Positions 37,211 to 51,215 are shown, numbered from the stretch's first letter. The stretch is DNA of 64,000 nt from Felis catus (GCF_018350175.1 NC_058368.1:4836001-4900000); one strand, 5' to 3'. Notes: generated from the sequence alone by a model not told the origin. Program-made: numbers and translations.

Positions 37211-37553
37211 TAAAATTATAACTATTTTGAACAAAAGGAGAAGAAAAAGCAGAGAACATGATGGTGGATCAGAAGTACAGAAAGTCAGTAAGTCATGTTG
37301 AAACTGATTTTAAAAACCAATATACATACACTCTTTAGAACTGTGGTCATGTTTAAGTTGTCAGAACAAACATCTCAAAGAGTTAAAACTGGTTGAAAAG
37401 AAAAAGGTGAACAGTGAGCACAGATTTAATGGGGAAAAGTGAAAGCAGGGAATGGTTTAATTTTCTTCTGGGCCTTCCACGTTTGAATTTTTAACCTATG
37501 TGTGTACATTACCCTGATAAAAATAAAAGCTAATTTAAAATCCTCACTTAAGG

Positions 37554-37778
37554 GGGGCGCCTCGGTGGCTCAGTCGGTTAAGCGTCCGACTGCAGCTCAG
37601 GTCACAGTCTCACAGTTTGTAGGTTCGAGCCCCATGTCGAGACCACGTGGGGCTCTGTGCAGACCCCTCAGAGCCTGGAGCTGCTTCGGATTCTGTGTCT
37701 CCCCCTCTCTCTGCCCCTCCCCTGCTCATGCTCTGCCTCTCTTTGTTTCTCAAAGATAAATAAATGTTTAAAAAAATT
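37554..37778 (+). mobile_element. CanSINE
   Basis: Full body; degenerate TSD aaatcc(t/c)cactt. Confidence 0.94.
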
Positions 37779-38117
37779 TAAATCCCCACTTTACCAGATT
37801 GTTACACGGGTTACTGACGATATTTACAAAGTGCTTAGCACAGGGACTGGCACAGAAGGACAGGCTCTCATGGGGACAGTGGTCATTACTGTTGCTGGTA
37901 ACAGCTCATGAGTTGGTCCAAGTAAATATGCAACTGGTTACTTACCACGTGCCAGTGCACTACTCTGAGTTGGTACGTGTATGCGAAGGACATTTGCAGA
38001 GTGCTTTTATTTCTGTTACAAAATGTTTGTGTTTGAATGCTAATGTTTTTTATTGAGGTAAAGTTTGCAAAGTCGGGTTTTATAATTATATTCCTTGGTA
38101 GGATTTAGATCACTCTT

Positions 38118-38765
38118 TTTCTTTTTAATTTTTTTTAATGTTTATTTATTTTAGAGAGAGACAGGGCACAAGCGGAGGAGGGGCAGAGAGAGAGGGAGAC
38201 ACAGAATCCAAAGCAGGCTCCAGGTTCCGAGAGCTGTCACCATGGCGACCCATGTGGGACTCAAACCCAGGAACCTGAGCCGAAGTCGGCTGCCTAACTG
38301 AGCCGCCCAGGCACCCCACCTTCTTTTTTTTTTTTTTTTTTTTTTTGCGAGAAAGAGAGAGAGTGAAAGAAATGTGTGCGGGGGAGGGGCAGAGAGAGCA
38401 TCTTAAGCAGGCTCCACATCCGGCTCGGAGCCCAACATGAGGCTCGATCTCACGAGTACGAGATCATAACCCGAGGTGAAACAGAGTTGGACACTTAATT
38501 GACTGAGCCACCCAGACAACCCTTAGATCACTCTTTTTTTTTTTTTTTTAATTTTTTTTTCAATGTTTTTATTTATTTTTGGGACAGAGAGAGACAGAGC
38601 ATGAACGGGGGAGGGGCAGAGAGAGAGGGAGACACAGAATCGGAAACAGGCTCCAGGCTCCGAGCCATCAGCCCAGAGCCTGACGCGGGGCTCGAACTCA
38701 CGGACCGCGAGATCGCGACCTGGCTGAAGTCGGACGCTTAACCGACTGCGCCACCCAGGCGCCCC
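38118..38765 (-). mobile_element. Three CanSINEs (38118-38317, ~38321-38522, young 38536-38765)
   Basis: Target sequence tagatcactctt present three times (38106, 38524, 38766). Confidence 0.95.
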
Positions 38766-39351
38766 TAGATCACTCTTGAGTAGGGAGTTTTACCATCGGA
38801 TCTTTGTTGTTAGTGAATGAACTTTAATCTTGTAACCTCTTAGAGTTGTAAGCAAACTTTTTGAGAACGTGTGTCAAAAGTAAAGAATCTATACTTTCCG
38901 TGAGATTTTACGAGGTTATGAGACCTAAGAGGGCCCATAAAATGTCTCTGGAGAATACAATATGTTGATACGACTTTTAATAAGTTTTGACTGCTGCAGT
39001 ACAAAACCTTTTTTGAACCCAAACTTTACATTTCAAAAGAGACTAAAAAATAATTCCATTTGAGGCTTGATAGACCTAATAATTCCCTGACACTAGTTTT
39101 TCTGGTGTCACATCAACCGAGGGAAGTTAATAAAGAGAAGTGTTCTTCAAACCAAGCATCATAAGCGACCAAGACAGGGGCTTTGGCTACCTGTGAAGAA
39201 AACAAAGGTACGAAAAGTAAGTAGGTTAGTTTGCCCATGAGCATACACGTGTAAAGGGGGGAGTCGAGAGGGGAAAGAAATTAAGAAAGAGAGAAATTGA
39301 GAAAGAAAGAGTTTAAAATGTGGAAATTTCCTTAAACCTAATTCTACCTCT

Positions 39352-39563
39352 TTTAAAAAAAATTTTTTTTAACATTTTTATTTATTGTTGACAGAGCATG
39401 AGAGGGGGAGGGGCAGAGAGAGAGGGAGACACAGAATCCGAAGCGGGCTCCCGGCTCTGAGCTATGAGCCCAGAGCCTGATGTGAGGCTCTAACTCACCA
39501 TCCGTGAGATCATGACCCGAGCCGAAGCCGGATGCTTCACCGGCTGAGCCACCCAGGCGCCCC
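39352..39563 (-). mobile_element. CanSINE
   Basis: TSD taattctacctct. Confidence 0.95.
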
Positions 39564-39643
39564 TAATTCTACCTCTGTTGTCTCTGAATTAATCTACTCT
39601 TTCTTGGACAGATAAATGTTCACTTACTTTTAAAAAATCTTCT

Positions 39644-39822
39644 GGGGTGCCTGGGTGACTTAGTCGGTTGAGTGTCCGACTCTACATTTCGGCTGGGGTG
39701 GTGATCCCCGGGTTGTGGGATCAACCCCCGTGTCAGGCTCTGTGCTGGGTGTGGAGCCTGCCTGAGACTCTCTCGCTCCCTCTGCCCCTCTCCCCAGCTC
39801 GGGCGCTCTCTCTAAAATAAAG
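39644..39822 (+). mobile_element. Older CanSINE
   Basis: Diverged head, CT tract and tail. Confidence 0.88.
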
Positions 39823-40289
39823 ATACATAAATCTTTTATCTGCCTTCAAATCCTCACGTGATCTCTTCTACAAGTGAGCATCAGAATCCTCACAAAAAGG
39901 TGCTTGACCTCTTTCACACCCCAAACCTGGTGGCGCAAAGTCTGCAGGAGCCGTCACTCAGCGAGCAGGTCATGAGCGGTCTGCCCGGCCTGGGGCTGGC
40001 CGCTCCAAATAGATGTGGTTTCTGTCTTCTCGGAGCTCGCAACCTGTCGGAAAAGTTAGTCACACAAACAGCTGTGAGACCACACTGGCCGGAAGTGCTG
40101 AGCGGGAGGGGACATGGTGTGTGGAGAAACCCGGCGGGTGCTTTGAGGCAGAGCAGGGACTCAGGAAAGGCTTCCCTGGGTGAGTGGGGCCCCAGCAAAG
40201 AACCACAGGATGCTGCAAGGAGGAGGCAGGAGTGCTCATGACAGGATGTGCGGCTTCTGCCAAGTCTCGAAGGAACTGGGGGCCTTAAC

Positions 40290-40680
40290 TGTGTCACACT
40301 GGGGAGGTGGCTATGATGAGGCCAGACTGCAAAGCAAGAGACCAGGAAGAGTTTCACTGGTGATTAGACCCCAGGTTCCCCGTGTTCTGGGCACGCCAGG
40401 CAGGGTCACTCAGGGGGAAGCACAGGCAGGTGGGGAAAGCCAACTGTGGCTGGGGGGGGGGGGGTTTCTTGTGGTTTCCGTGGGAAGGAGCGGGCAAGGC
40501 GGGATAAGCGGGTTGAGGATTGGTTTGCTGTGTCTGCGAGTAGAGCCCTCATGAAATTCGTGGTCACTGCGCCGATTAAAACACGAGGTTGGGGGCTTTC
40601 TAAAGTCTCCAGATGGTTGGGGGTGGGTCAGGGCTTACCTGGGGGACCAGCTAGCGGCCATTACTGTACACGTTACAACA
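40290..40680 (-). mobile_element. Possible ERVL LTR fossil (MER54/MER74-group-like)
   Basis: tttcttgtggtttccgtgggaaggagcgggcaaggcgggataagcgggttgaggattgg resembles this LTR group in antisense. Confidence 0.45.
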
Positions 40681-40924
40681 TTGAATTACAGAAATGACGA
40701 GTGTGGTTTTATTGTCGAGGGCGAGGTGACCCAGGGGAGGTGGGCAGGCTCGGAGCACCAAGCAGACAATGTTACAGTTACCTTCTTAGCCACGAACACT
40801 TTGAAGATGACTGGGGAGGTGGGGGGAGGTATTCTGAAGGAACAGGCCCGCGCAGTGTGGAGACGGGTCATGGAAATTGAGTGATCGCTGAGGCCTTTAA
40901 AATAGTTCGGGAGAAATGAGCCAC

Positions 40925-41036
40925 TGACAGCACAGAGCCTACTTGGGAATCTCTGTCTCTGCCCCTACCCCCTCGTGTGCACACGTTCTCTCTCTCTCTC
41001 TCTCTCTCTCAAAGTGAATAAATACACTTAAAAAAA
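40925..41036 (+). mobile_element. CanSINE 3' fragment
   Basis: ctgacagcacagagcctacttggga..(CT)n..aataaa. Confidence 0.85.
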
Positions 41037-41269
41037 CCCAAAACACTCTGGGGGTTAAATTAAGTTGGCCAAATTCACATGACTGGTTGAAACTGGTTTA
41101 CCTCCAAGCTTACACATTCTTCACGACTTTTCCCTGTGTGAGTCAAGACAACATTCATGAAGCAAAAAATTCTCCCTGAAGACAAGCTTGCTCTGATGAA
41201 AGCATTTCCTAGTAAATAGAAATTCCCTGATAAAGCCTGAAGAGAACTGAGCTAACACAGGGATCATTC

Positions 41270-41600
41270 TTTTGTTAATTAAGGCATAGTGCCTACACTA
41301 AGCCACACAAATCTTACATGTGGTTTGATAAGCTTTGACAAACGTGCACACCTATGTAACTGCCACCTTAATAAACGTGTAGAGCATTTCTCTGACTTTA
41401 AAAAGTTCCCTCCCCACCCAGAAGTGGCCACTATTTTGTTTCCTAGCCCCATAGATTAGTCAGCCTGTTTTCCATTGTGCGGGCCTTATTTTGCTGAGCA
41501 TCATGTTTCTGGGTTTCATCTACGATGTGTACTAGGAATTTGCTCCACTTTACTGCTGAGTTGTAATCATCCGTAAATGGATGCTTAATGGATTTTAGCA
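41270..41600 (-). mobile_element. Old L1 3' UTR fragment
   Basis: agctttgacaaacgtgcacacctatgtaac..agcatttc..aaaagttccctc..ccactatt..ccatagattag. Confidence 0.7.
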
Positions 41601-42129
41601 GGCTTTTGCATATCCTTATTAATGGCTTCTCAACTGAAGGAACCTCATATGTTAAATTTCTCATGTTTGCTGGGATCCTGTTCCTTTTATACAACACAGA
41701 CCGTAGAATTAAGATATAAATTTCTCTTCTTCCTCCTGGTCACTCATCAATATACTGACAATATCCCTAGGCCAGAATTGCGGGCACTAATTGATGGGTT
41801 CAGCTCCCCATTGTTGATAATTAAGGCCATCTGCTTCGAACTGGGATCTGCAGGGAGACTAAATCTCCATCACAAGGTAAAGCTTCTATAAGCTTCGCTG
41901 ATGTTAACAGATTGTGAGAGTGGGAAGTAAGCGTTTCTGTGGGTGAATTGCAAATGAAGGCAGCTATACGATGAGGAAAGCTGAAACATTTTGCCCTAAA
42001 AAAATTAAGAATGTGTTTTTTGGAAATAAATATATATGCCGTTATTTAAAAGGGCATTATGACCCCTGAAAATGATGCCACCCACACAAACACTGACCAC
42101 CACACACGTGCTAAATAAAGATAGGGTCT

Positions 42130-45100
42130 AAGAAGATTGTGTGATCAGAAAGAGGGCACAAAATCTCCAGAATATCACCAGGAATAAAAGATCAATATAT
42201 CATAGTCATCTTATATCTATATATTAATAGCAAATGATTGAAAACGACACTTATGAAGCAAATATTGTCATCTTAGAGCAACCACTAAAAACTAATGAAA
42301 TTAGCTTAAAGGCAATAAATGAACTGCACAGTCTGCTAAAAAAAAAAACAACAAACCACTTAATACACAAAAAGCAGGGTAAAAAAATCAGGAGTAGAGT
42401 AATTTAAAAAAGTGCGAGAGAGATGTGACAAATAGCAAAATGGCAGACTTAAAATAATTCATATCAAGAATTAAATGTAAGTGGATTAAACTCTCCAATC
42501 AAAAGACAGAGATTGGCAGATGGGAATATAAAAACAAAACTAACCTATATGCGGTCTACAAAAGATGCTCTTTAAATGCAAATATGCAAATGAGTTTAAA
42601 GTAAAAGAACAGAAAAAGACATAGCATGGAAACAGTCAGCATGAGAAAGCCCAAGTAGCTATACTGTAGGAAGGACTTTTACTCGAGACAAAGAATTTCA
42701 AAATGATACCAAGATCAAAAAGCAGGAATATAGAACATTTACAAATGTGTATGAACCTGATACCAGAGTTCCAAAACACTAAACATTGACGAAAAGGAAA
42801 GAAGAAATAGACAAATCCATGATTTTTGCTGGAGATGAAACCATACTCTTCCGGTTAAGGACAGAACGTGTAGACAGAAAAGCAGTATAGTGAAAATGTG
42901 ACCAACATTGATAGAGTAAGCAGGCAGAAAATCAGTAATGATAGATAGAGCCTAAACCACATCATCGGCCAATGACCTAATTGGCATTCACAGAACACTT
43001 GCCACATGGAAATACATTCTTTTCAAGTGCATATGGAATACTCACCAATATAGAATATCTTGAGCCATAAAAACAAATCTCAATAAATATAAATATAATG
43101 GGATTGCTTAGAGTATCTTCTCAGACCACAACAGAATTTGCCAGAAGCCAGTAACAAAAACTCCCTGGAAAATCCTCAAATATTTGGAAATTAAACATGA
43201 TTCTAAATAATCCCTGAGGAAAAGAAGACATCGGAATTAGAAAATATTTTGAGTTGAACAAAAATGTAAGCACACAGTGAAAATGCTTACAGGAAACTTT
43301 ATAGCATTAAAAAGCTTATATTAGAGAAGAAGAAATGAATAAATCCAGTGATACAAACTTTTTTCTTAAGGAAATAATAAAAGAGCAAATTCAACTCAAA
43401 GCAGGTAAAGAAATAATAGAGGTAACAGTAGAAATCAATGAAACAGAAAATAGACAAACTAAAGAGAAAACCAATGAAATTGGAATCTGGTTCCTAGCAA
43501 ATCTCAATGGAACATAAACTTTTAGGTAAACTGGTCAATTACAAATGTACAAATTGCCAATGAAATGAAAAAAATGACAGAGGATTCTCACTATAGTTCT
43601 ACACTCACTAAAGATTGGACAATAAAGGAATGTTATGAACATGCCAAAAAATTCAGTGCCAGGGGCACCTGGATGGCTCAGTCAGTTAAGCCTCTGACTC
43701 TTGATTTCGCCTCAGGTCATGATCCCAGGGTAGTGGGATCAATCCCCAACTCAGTCTCCGTGTTAAGCTTAGATTCTCTCTCTCCCTCTTTCTCTGTCCC
43801 TCCCATATTTGTGCTGTCTCAAAAAAAAAAAAAAAAATCAATGCCATATGAAATATACAAATGCCTAAAAAGACACAAATTACAAAAACAGACTTGGAAA
43901 ACAGGAGACATAACAAATAAAATGTTTAAATTTCCATCTGCTTTCATGGTAATTCTATCAAACATTTAAGGAATAACTGATACCCATCTCTCACAAATTA
44001 CAGCAGAAAAAAGAGGAGGAAATACTTTACTGCATTAGTCTTTAATACCTAACAAAGACATAACAAGAAAAAAAAACTATATACCAATATCCATCGTGGA
44101 CATAAATGTAAAAACCCTTAAGGAAATATTAGGAAAGAAACTGAACCCAGCAATATATTAAAAGCATCATGAATCATAAACAAATAGGGTTTGTCCAAGA
44201 AATGTAGTATTGGGGGAACCTGGGTGGCTCAGTCAGTTAAGCGTCCTACTTTGGCTCAGGTCACGATCTCGCGGTTTGTGAGTTCGAGCCCTGCATCAGG
44301 CTCCGTGCTGACAACTCAGAGCCTGGAGCCTGCTTGGGATTCTGTCTCCCTCTTTCTCCCTCTCTCTCTGCCTCTCCCCTGATCACGCTGTGTCTCTCTC
44401 TGTCTCAAAAATAAATAAACATTAAAAAAAATTAAAAAAAAAAAGAAATGTAGTATTGGTTTAATATATGAGAATCAATTCATGTAATTCATCATATTAA
44501 TAGAATAAAGGACAAAAACTATATGATCATCTCAACAGATGCAGAGAAAGTATTTGACAAAGTTCAACACCCATTCCTTTTTCATTTAATTTAATTTTTA
44601 TTTTTTACATATTTTTATTTATTTTGAGAGGGAGAGAGAGAGCAAAGGAGGGGCAGAGAGAGAGAGGGAGAGAGAGAATCCCAAGCAGGCTCCACACTGT
44701 CAGCGCACAGCCCAACGCAGGGCTCAAACTCATGAACTACGAGATCATGACCTGAGACTTACCCAACTGAGGCACCCAGGCGCCCCTCAACACCCATTCC
44801 TGATAAAAACTCTCGGCAACCTCAGGGTAGAGTGAGATATCTTCAACCTTGAAAAAGAGCATCAGTGAAAAACTTAGCATGAGCATCATACCGAATGTTG
44901 AAAAAGTAAATGCTTTTATCCTAGAACATGAACAAGACAAAGATATATACCCTTGCAACTTGTATTTAGCATTATTATTCAGCTGGAGGTCCTAACCAGG
45001 TGAATAAGCAAGAAAACATATAATAGAGCATAGAGTTTTTAAAGAAGTAAAACCAAATTTACAGTCAACATGATCACGTATGTAAAAACTTCCAAGGTGG

Positions 45101-47748
45101 GGGTGTATGGTTGCCTTACTTGGTTGAGCATTTGACTCTTGATTTTGGCTCAGGTCGGGATACCAGGGTTGGGGATCAAGCCCTGAGGGGGACACTGCAC
45201 TGAGCACAGAGTCTACTTAAGATTCTCTCTCTCTCTCTCTACCTCTCTTCCCCCTCCACTTCTCTAAAATAAAAAAAATTAAAAAAAAAATCCTGAGAGG
45301 GGTGCCTGGGTGGTGTAGTCGGTTAAGCGTCCGACTCCAGCCAGGTCACGATCTCGCGGTCCATGAGTTCGAGCCCCGCGTCAGGCTCTGGGCTGATGGC
45401 TCAGAGCCTGGAGCCTGTTTCTGATTCTGTGTCTCCCTCTCTCTCTGCCCCTCCCTCGTTCATGTTCTGTCTCTCTCTGTCCCAAAAATAAATAAACGTT
45501 GAAAAAAAAATTTTTTTTTAAAAATAAAAAAAATAAAAAAAAAATCCTGAGGAAATATACAAAATCTACTAGAAATAATAAATGAATTTAGTAAGACCTC
45601 AAGACAAAAGATCAATATGCAATAATCATTTTATTTCTATGCATTAACAGCAAACAATTAAAAATGACATTTAAAAAACCAATACATTTACAACAGCGTA
45701 AAAAAAAATCTTTAGAAATAAATTTAATGAAAGTTGTAGAAGATTTTTACAACGTTGAGAGAAATTAGAGAAGACCTAAATAAATGGAGAGATATGCCAT
45801 GTTTAAGAATTAGAAGATTCAATATTAAGATATCAATTCTTCCCGAATCAATAGATTCGATGTAATCTTTCTTTCTTTCTTTTTTGAGCGCGACACCCAT
45901 CGTGGGGCTTGAACTCACAACCCTGAGGTTAAGAGTCCCATGTTCTACCAACTAAGCCAGCCAGCTGCCCCAGATTCAATGCAATCTTAATCAAAAGCAC
46001 AGCAGGCATTTTCTTTTAGAAACTGACAAGTGGATTCTAAAATTGACATGGAAATGCAAAGGGCCAAAAATAGTCAAACAATTTTAAAAAGAAGAAAAAA
46101 GTTGGAAGACTTAAACCACCTGGTGTCAAAACTACCGCGATCCAGAGTGTAATATAGGCCCACCAATCAGTGGAGCAGAGTCAAGTCCAAGAATAGATCC
46201 AAACATATGTAGTCAATTGGTTTTTAACTCAGGTGTCCAAATAATTAAATGATGGAAAGGATAGTCTTTTCAACAAATGGCTTTGGAACTGTGCCGTACT
46301 GTCCATATTGGGGGGAAAAAAGTCTTGACTCTTTTACCATATGCCAAAATTAAGTCAACAAGGATCATAGACCTAAGTTTAAAAGCTTAAGTCTTTTTTT
46401 TTTAATTTTTTTTAATCTTTATTTATTTTTGAGAGAGACACAGAGTGTGAGCAGGGGAAGAACAGAGAGAGAGGGAGACACAGAATCTGAAACAGGCTCC
46501 AGGCTCCAAGCTATCAGCACAGAGCCTGACACGGGGCTCGAACTCGCAAACAGTGAGATCATGACCTGAGCTGAAGTCGGCCGCTCAACCAACTGAGGCA
46601 CCCAGGCGCCCCTAAAAGCTTGAGTCTTAAAACCTTTAGGCAGAAAACATGGGAGAAAATATTTGTGATATAAAATCAGGCAATAATTTATTAAGACATA
46701 AAGGCATGAAACAAAAGAAAATATTGATAAATTGGATTTCATAAAAATGAACATCTTTTCCCCTTCAAAAGACTCTCTTCAGAAAATGGGGAAAAATTTT
46801 GCAAAGCATCCAACGAAGGGCTTGTGTCCTGAACATAGAACTATTATAACTTACCAATAAGGAGACACACAGTTCAGTCAAAAAATGGACAGAAGATTGA
46901 AACAGACACTTCATAAAAGAATATATATAAAAGGCCAATAAGGAACGAAAAGATGTTCAATGTCACTGGTTAGCAAAGAAATGCAAATTAAAACAACAAA
47001 GAGATACTGCTATATACTTCCTAGATTGGCTAAAATTTAAAAAGCCTGACAATATGAGGTATCTGCATGGGGATGAAGCTATTGGAATTTTCAAATATTG
47101 CTAGTGGTTATACTATAACAATACTATACTATACTATACTATACTATACTATACTATACTATATCCCCTTGAAAAACAAGTTGGTGCTTTCTTAAAAGGT
47201 TAAACACACACTCAATATTCATCCCAGCAATTCCACTCCTAGCTATATAACCAAGAATGAATACATATATCTACACACAAAGATACTGTAGACAAATGTT
47301 CATAACAACATTATGCTCCATTGCCCCAAACTGGAAACGATCAATATATTCATTAAGTAGTAAATCGGTGAACAAGTTGTTGTATATCCGGACAATGCAA
47401 CACTGCTTGGTAAGACCATGGAATGAACTACTGATACATGCAAAAAAACATGGATGAAACTCAAAAATATGCAAAGTGAAGCAAACCAGACACAAAAGCC
47501 AACAAATTATTCCATTTGTATGAAATTCTAGAGAAGACAAAATCATAGGGACAAAAAGCAGATCAGTGGTTGCCTTGGGCCAGAGCTGGAAGAAGAGATT
47601 GACTGTTGAGAGAACGTGAAATTCTTCTGATTTTGGTGGGGTTTGCATAATTGTATACATTTCCCAAACTCATAGAACCATACTCTTAAACTCTGTGAAT
47701 TTTATTGAATGACAATGTATCTGAAAAGTTGCCAAAAAAAAAAAAAAA
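42130..47748 (+). mobile_element. Long decayed L1 (ORF2 endonuclease to 3' UTR) with seven nested CanSINEs (43662-43837, 44214-44442, 44579-44786, ~45099-45290, 45299-45540, ~45866-45970, ~46397-46612)
   Basis: Endonuclease start ttaaatgtaagtggattaaactctccaatcaaaagacagagattggcaga (~42470); RT-region atgatcatctcaacagatgcagagaaagtatttgacaa; 3' UTR and A tail at ~47735; many stops; SINE TSDs such as aagaaatgtagtattgg and tcaacacccattcct. Confidence 0.92.
47121..47160. repeat. (ATACT)8 microsatellite
   Basis: Counted directly. Confidence 0.95.
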
Positions 47749-47830
47749 CCTATATGCAAAAAATCAGTATCTTTTCTTTCTTTCTTTTTTTAATCAGCCA
47801 GTAGAAGACCCAGTGGAAGAAAGGACAATA

Positions 47831-48561
47831 TGTTGGATATCCTGTCTTGCTCTCTAGATTCATTCTCCACCTGACTCCACCCTGTTCTCCACCCAGATAG
47901 GCTTAATTATATTGCCTGTTGACTATATCAATGGGCTCTCTTATCCTTTTGCCTCTGGTTGGGTTTGGCCAATGGAAAGCTCCAGCAGGAGATCTGAAGG
48001 AAAGGATTAGGGGAGGTAACATTTTTTTTTTTTAATGGTTATTTATTTATTTTGAGAAGGGTGGGAGGGGCAGAGAGACAGGGAGAGAGAGAATCCCAAG
48101 CAGTCTCCACACTGTCAGCACAGAGCCGGACGCAGGGCTCGATCTCACGATCTCACAAATAAAGTGAGGTCGTGACCTGAGCCAAAATCAAGAGTTGGAT
48201 GCTTAACACACTCAGTCACCCAGGTGCTCCGAGATAGCGTGCTTATTTCTTCCTCTACCACTGTCCTCTCTGCTGGAACCACAGTGGACCAGTGGTGCCC
48301 CTGGAGCAAGAGTAACTCCTATCTTCAATAAGGCTGTGTATGTGGGTTACAGCAACTCCTTGCCCTCTACCATCCATGCCCAGGTGTGAAGATGACGAAG
48401 GACCTTACAACTGCTGTTACTTTCCCGAAGGTACTACTCTGTGCTCTTTGTTCTTCTATACCTTGTTCACATATTTGCAAATACAACTCTTCTCTTATCT
48501 CCCCAAGCCATCCAACTGAAATGGGACCATTTGTTTTCTTAAGAGAACCCTTACTGATACA
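47831..48561 (+). mobile_element. ERVL LTR (LTR33-like) with nested CanSINE (~48022-48230, minus)
   Basis: tgttggatat..ctggttgggtttggccaatgg..ccagcaggagatc..ccatttgttttc..accct.actgataca with TG..CA termini. Confidence 0.75.
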
Positions 48562-50378
48562 GAGTTCGCTCACAGCAGCACCAAAAAAATAATAATCCCA
48601 CTGGAATTCACACACTAGAAATTGTAGGAGTCCCGTAAAAACACTTCAAAATCAACAGCAACAAAAGACTTTGACAAATGGAAAGATCTCTGTGTACTGG
48701 AACAAAAAGACTCAACACTGTAAAGATGTCAATTCTTCCATAGTTAATTTATTATTTTTTTTAAGATTTTTATTTTTTATCTCTACACCCAACGTGGGGC
48801 TCAACTTTACAACCCCAAGAAGAGTCACATGCTCTACTGACTGAGTCAGTGAGGTGCCCTATTCCATAGTTAACTTACAAATCAAATGCCAACAGGTATT
48901 CTTACTGTTTTGTTGCTACTACTGTTATTGTTTCATTTTTTAATTGAACGTACCAGTTTTAATATTTATGTTGAAAAATAAACAAATAAGGATAGCTAGG
49001 AAAACTCTGAAAAAGAAAAGCAAATGTTAAAACATAAAATTATCATTAATGTCTTTTTTTTTAATTTTTTTTTCAACGTTTATTTATTTTTGGGACAGAG
49101 AGAGACAGAGCATGAACGGGAGAGGGGCAGAGAGAGAGGGAGACACAGAATCGGAAACAGGCGCCAGGCTCTGAGCCATCAGCCCAGAGCCTGACGCGGG
49201 GCTCGAACTCACGGACCGTGAGATCGTGACCTGGCTGAAGTCGGACGCTTAACCGACTGCGCCACCCAGGCGCCCCAATCATTAATGTCTTAAAAACCTG
49301 TGGTACTGGCATGTGAATAGGAGACACCAATGTCATTGAACAAAAAGCCCAGAAAATATACACGAATACTTATGAGACATTACAATAAAACTTGCATCTG
49401 GCTCGCTTGGTTGGTGCACCATGCACCTTTTGATCTCAAGGTGGCGAGTTCAAGCCCCACATTGGGTGTACAGCCTAGTGTAAAAAAAAAAAATGCATCT
49501 AGGGGCACCTGGGTGGCTCAGTCGGTTAAGCGTCCGACTTCGGCTCAGGTCACGATCTCACAGTCCATGAGCTCGAGCCCCGCATCGGGCTCTGTGCTGA
49601 CAGCTCAGAGTCTGGAGCCGGCTTCAGATTCTGTGTCTCCCTCTCTCTCTGCCCCTCCCCTACTGGCACTCTGTCTCTCTCTCAGAAATAAACATTAAAA
49701 AAAATTTTTTTTAATTGCATCTCAAATCAGTGGGGAAAAGGACTATTTAATAAATGGTTTGGAGACAACAGGGAGCATTCTGGGGAAAAAAATACTGTTG
49801 AATCCATGCAGTTCAACATACACGAGGATAAATTCCCAATGAATCAAAGATTTAAGTGTAAATGTGGAGTTGGAAAATATTAAAGGTAATTATTATGAGA
49901 GCATTTGTTATAATTATGGAGTGGTAAAAGACTTTCTAATTATAATTTAAAACCCAGAAGTAATAAAAAATTTTTAAATCTTGTATTACCAAACACCACT
50001 GGAAGTAATAATGTTGAAAGGTAAAGTGGGAATCAAACAACATACTCCTAGAGATCTATCAGAAAAAAAAAAAAAAAGACCAAAAAAAAAAAAAAGAAGA
50101 AGAAGAAGAAGAAAAGTACAGAAAAGAAAGGCCAACAATTCAATAGAAAAATGACCCGAACAATTAACAGAAAAAGAAATGCAAAAGACTTTTAAACAGA
50201 GAAAAGATACTCGCAGTGCCTGGGTGGCTCAGTCAGTTAAGGGTCCGACTTTGGCTCAGGTTATGATCTCACGGTTCATGGGTTTGAGCCCCGCGTCGGC
50301 TCTGTGCTGACAGATCGGAGCCTGGAGCCTGTTTCAGATTCTGTGTCTCCCTCTCTCTCTGCCCCTCCCCCACTTGTG

Positions 50379-50433
<55 letters not shown>

Positions 50434-51215
50434 AAAAATAAAAATATATAAACAAAAAAAAAAAAACAGAGAAAAGATAACTCAACTTTTCTCATAATAA
50501 GAGAACTGCAAATTGCAACAACACTGAGAAATCGCTGTCCACTTATCAGGTAGGAAAGCTCAAAACCATGGTACAGTATTCCTGGTGAGGCTGTGGCCAA
50601 CCGGGTTCTACCACGCACACCGCTCTTAGGAGTACAAATTGGTACCAGCTCTCTGCAGGGCTCTTGGTGCTATTAGAATTCCAAATGTATTCACTCTTTG
50701 ATCTAGCTATCTTCTTCCTGTATATTTACCCTGTAGATATATTTGCACAAGTGAGAAATTATGTCCACGTAAACTTTCCACTTCAGTATTGTTTTTAATA
50801 GCAAAACCCCCAAACAAACTATCTGACAATGGAGAACCGGCTGAATACATTATGATGTATGCATACAACGGAGTACTTTGCCGCCTAAACCAACATGGAA
50901 AATGTGCTCTGTGTGCTCATTGGCATGAAGTTAATTGGAAATGCTAATTGAAAAAAGCAAGGTTCTGAAGGATTGTAGGGCGTAAACAAGAAAGGAAAGT
51001 AAGAATATATATATCTGAAGTTGCTTGTATATAAACACAACGCTCTGAAAGGATGCAAGAAACTAGTCACGGTGGTTACCTGAGGGACAAAGGTGAGGGG
51101 TGGTGACAGCTGGGTGGATAAGCGACAGAGGTGGGAAGGAGGCTGGTCATGATATACTTTTATATTTGCAAAGGTGTTGAGCCCTGTAACTATATCCCCT
51201 ATCCACAATTTTCAA
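48562..51215 (+). mobile_element. Second, older L1 (L1MC-like) 3' region with nested CanSINEs (~48752-48859, 49056-49276, ~49395-49492, ~49502-49712, ~50213-50465)
   Basis: caaatggaaaga..aagactcaacactgtaaagatgtcaattcttcc; gactatttaataaatggt; 3' UTR aagaaactagtcacggtggttacct; SINE TSDs atcattaatgtctt and aaacagagaaaagata. Confidence 0.82.

Noticed and set aside
42130..47748. Potentially active L1
   Set aside because: No intact ORF2; many stops, deletions and nested SINEs
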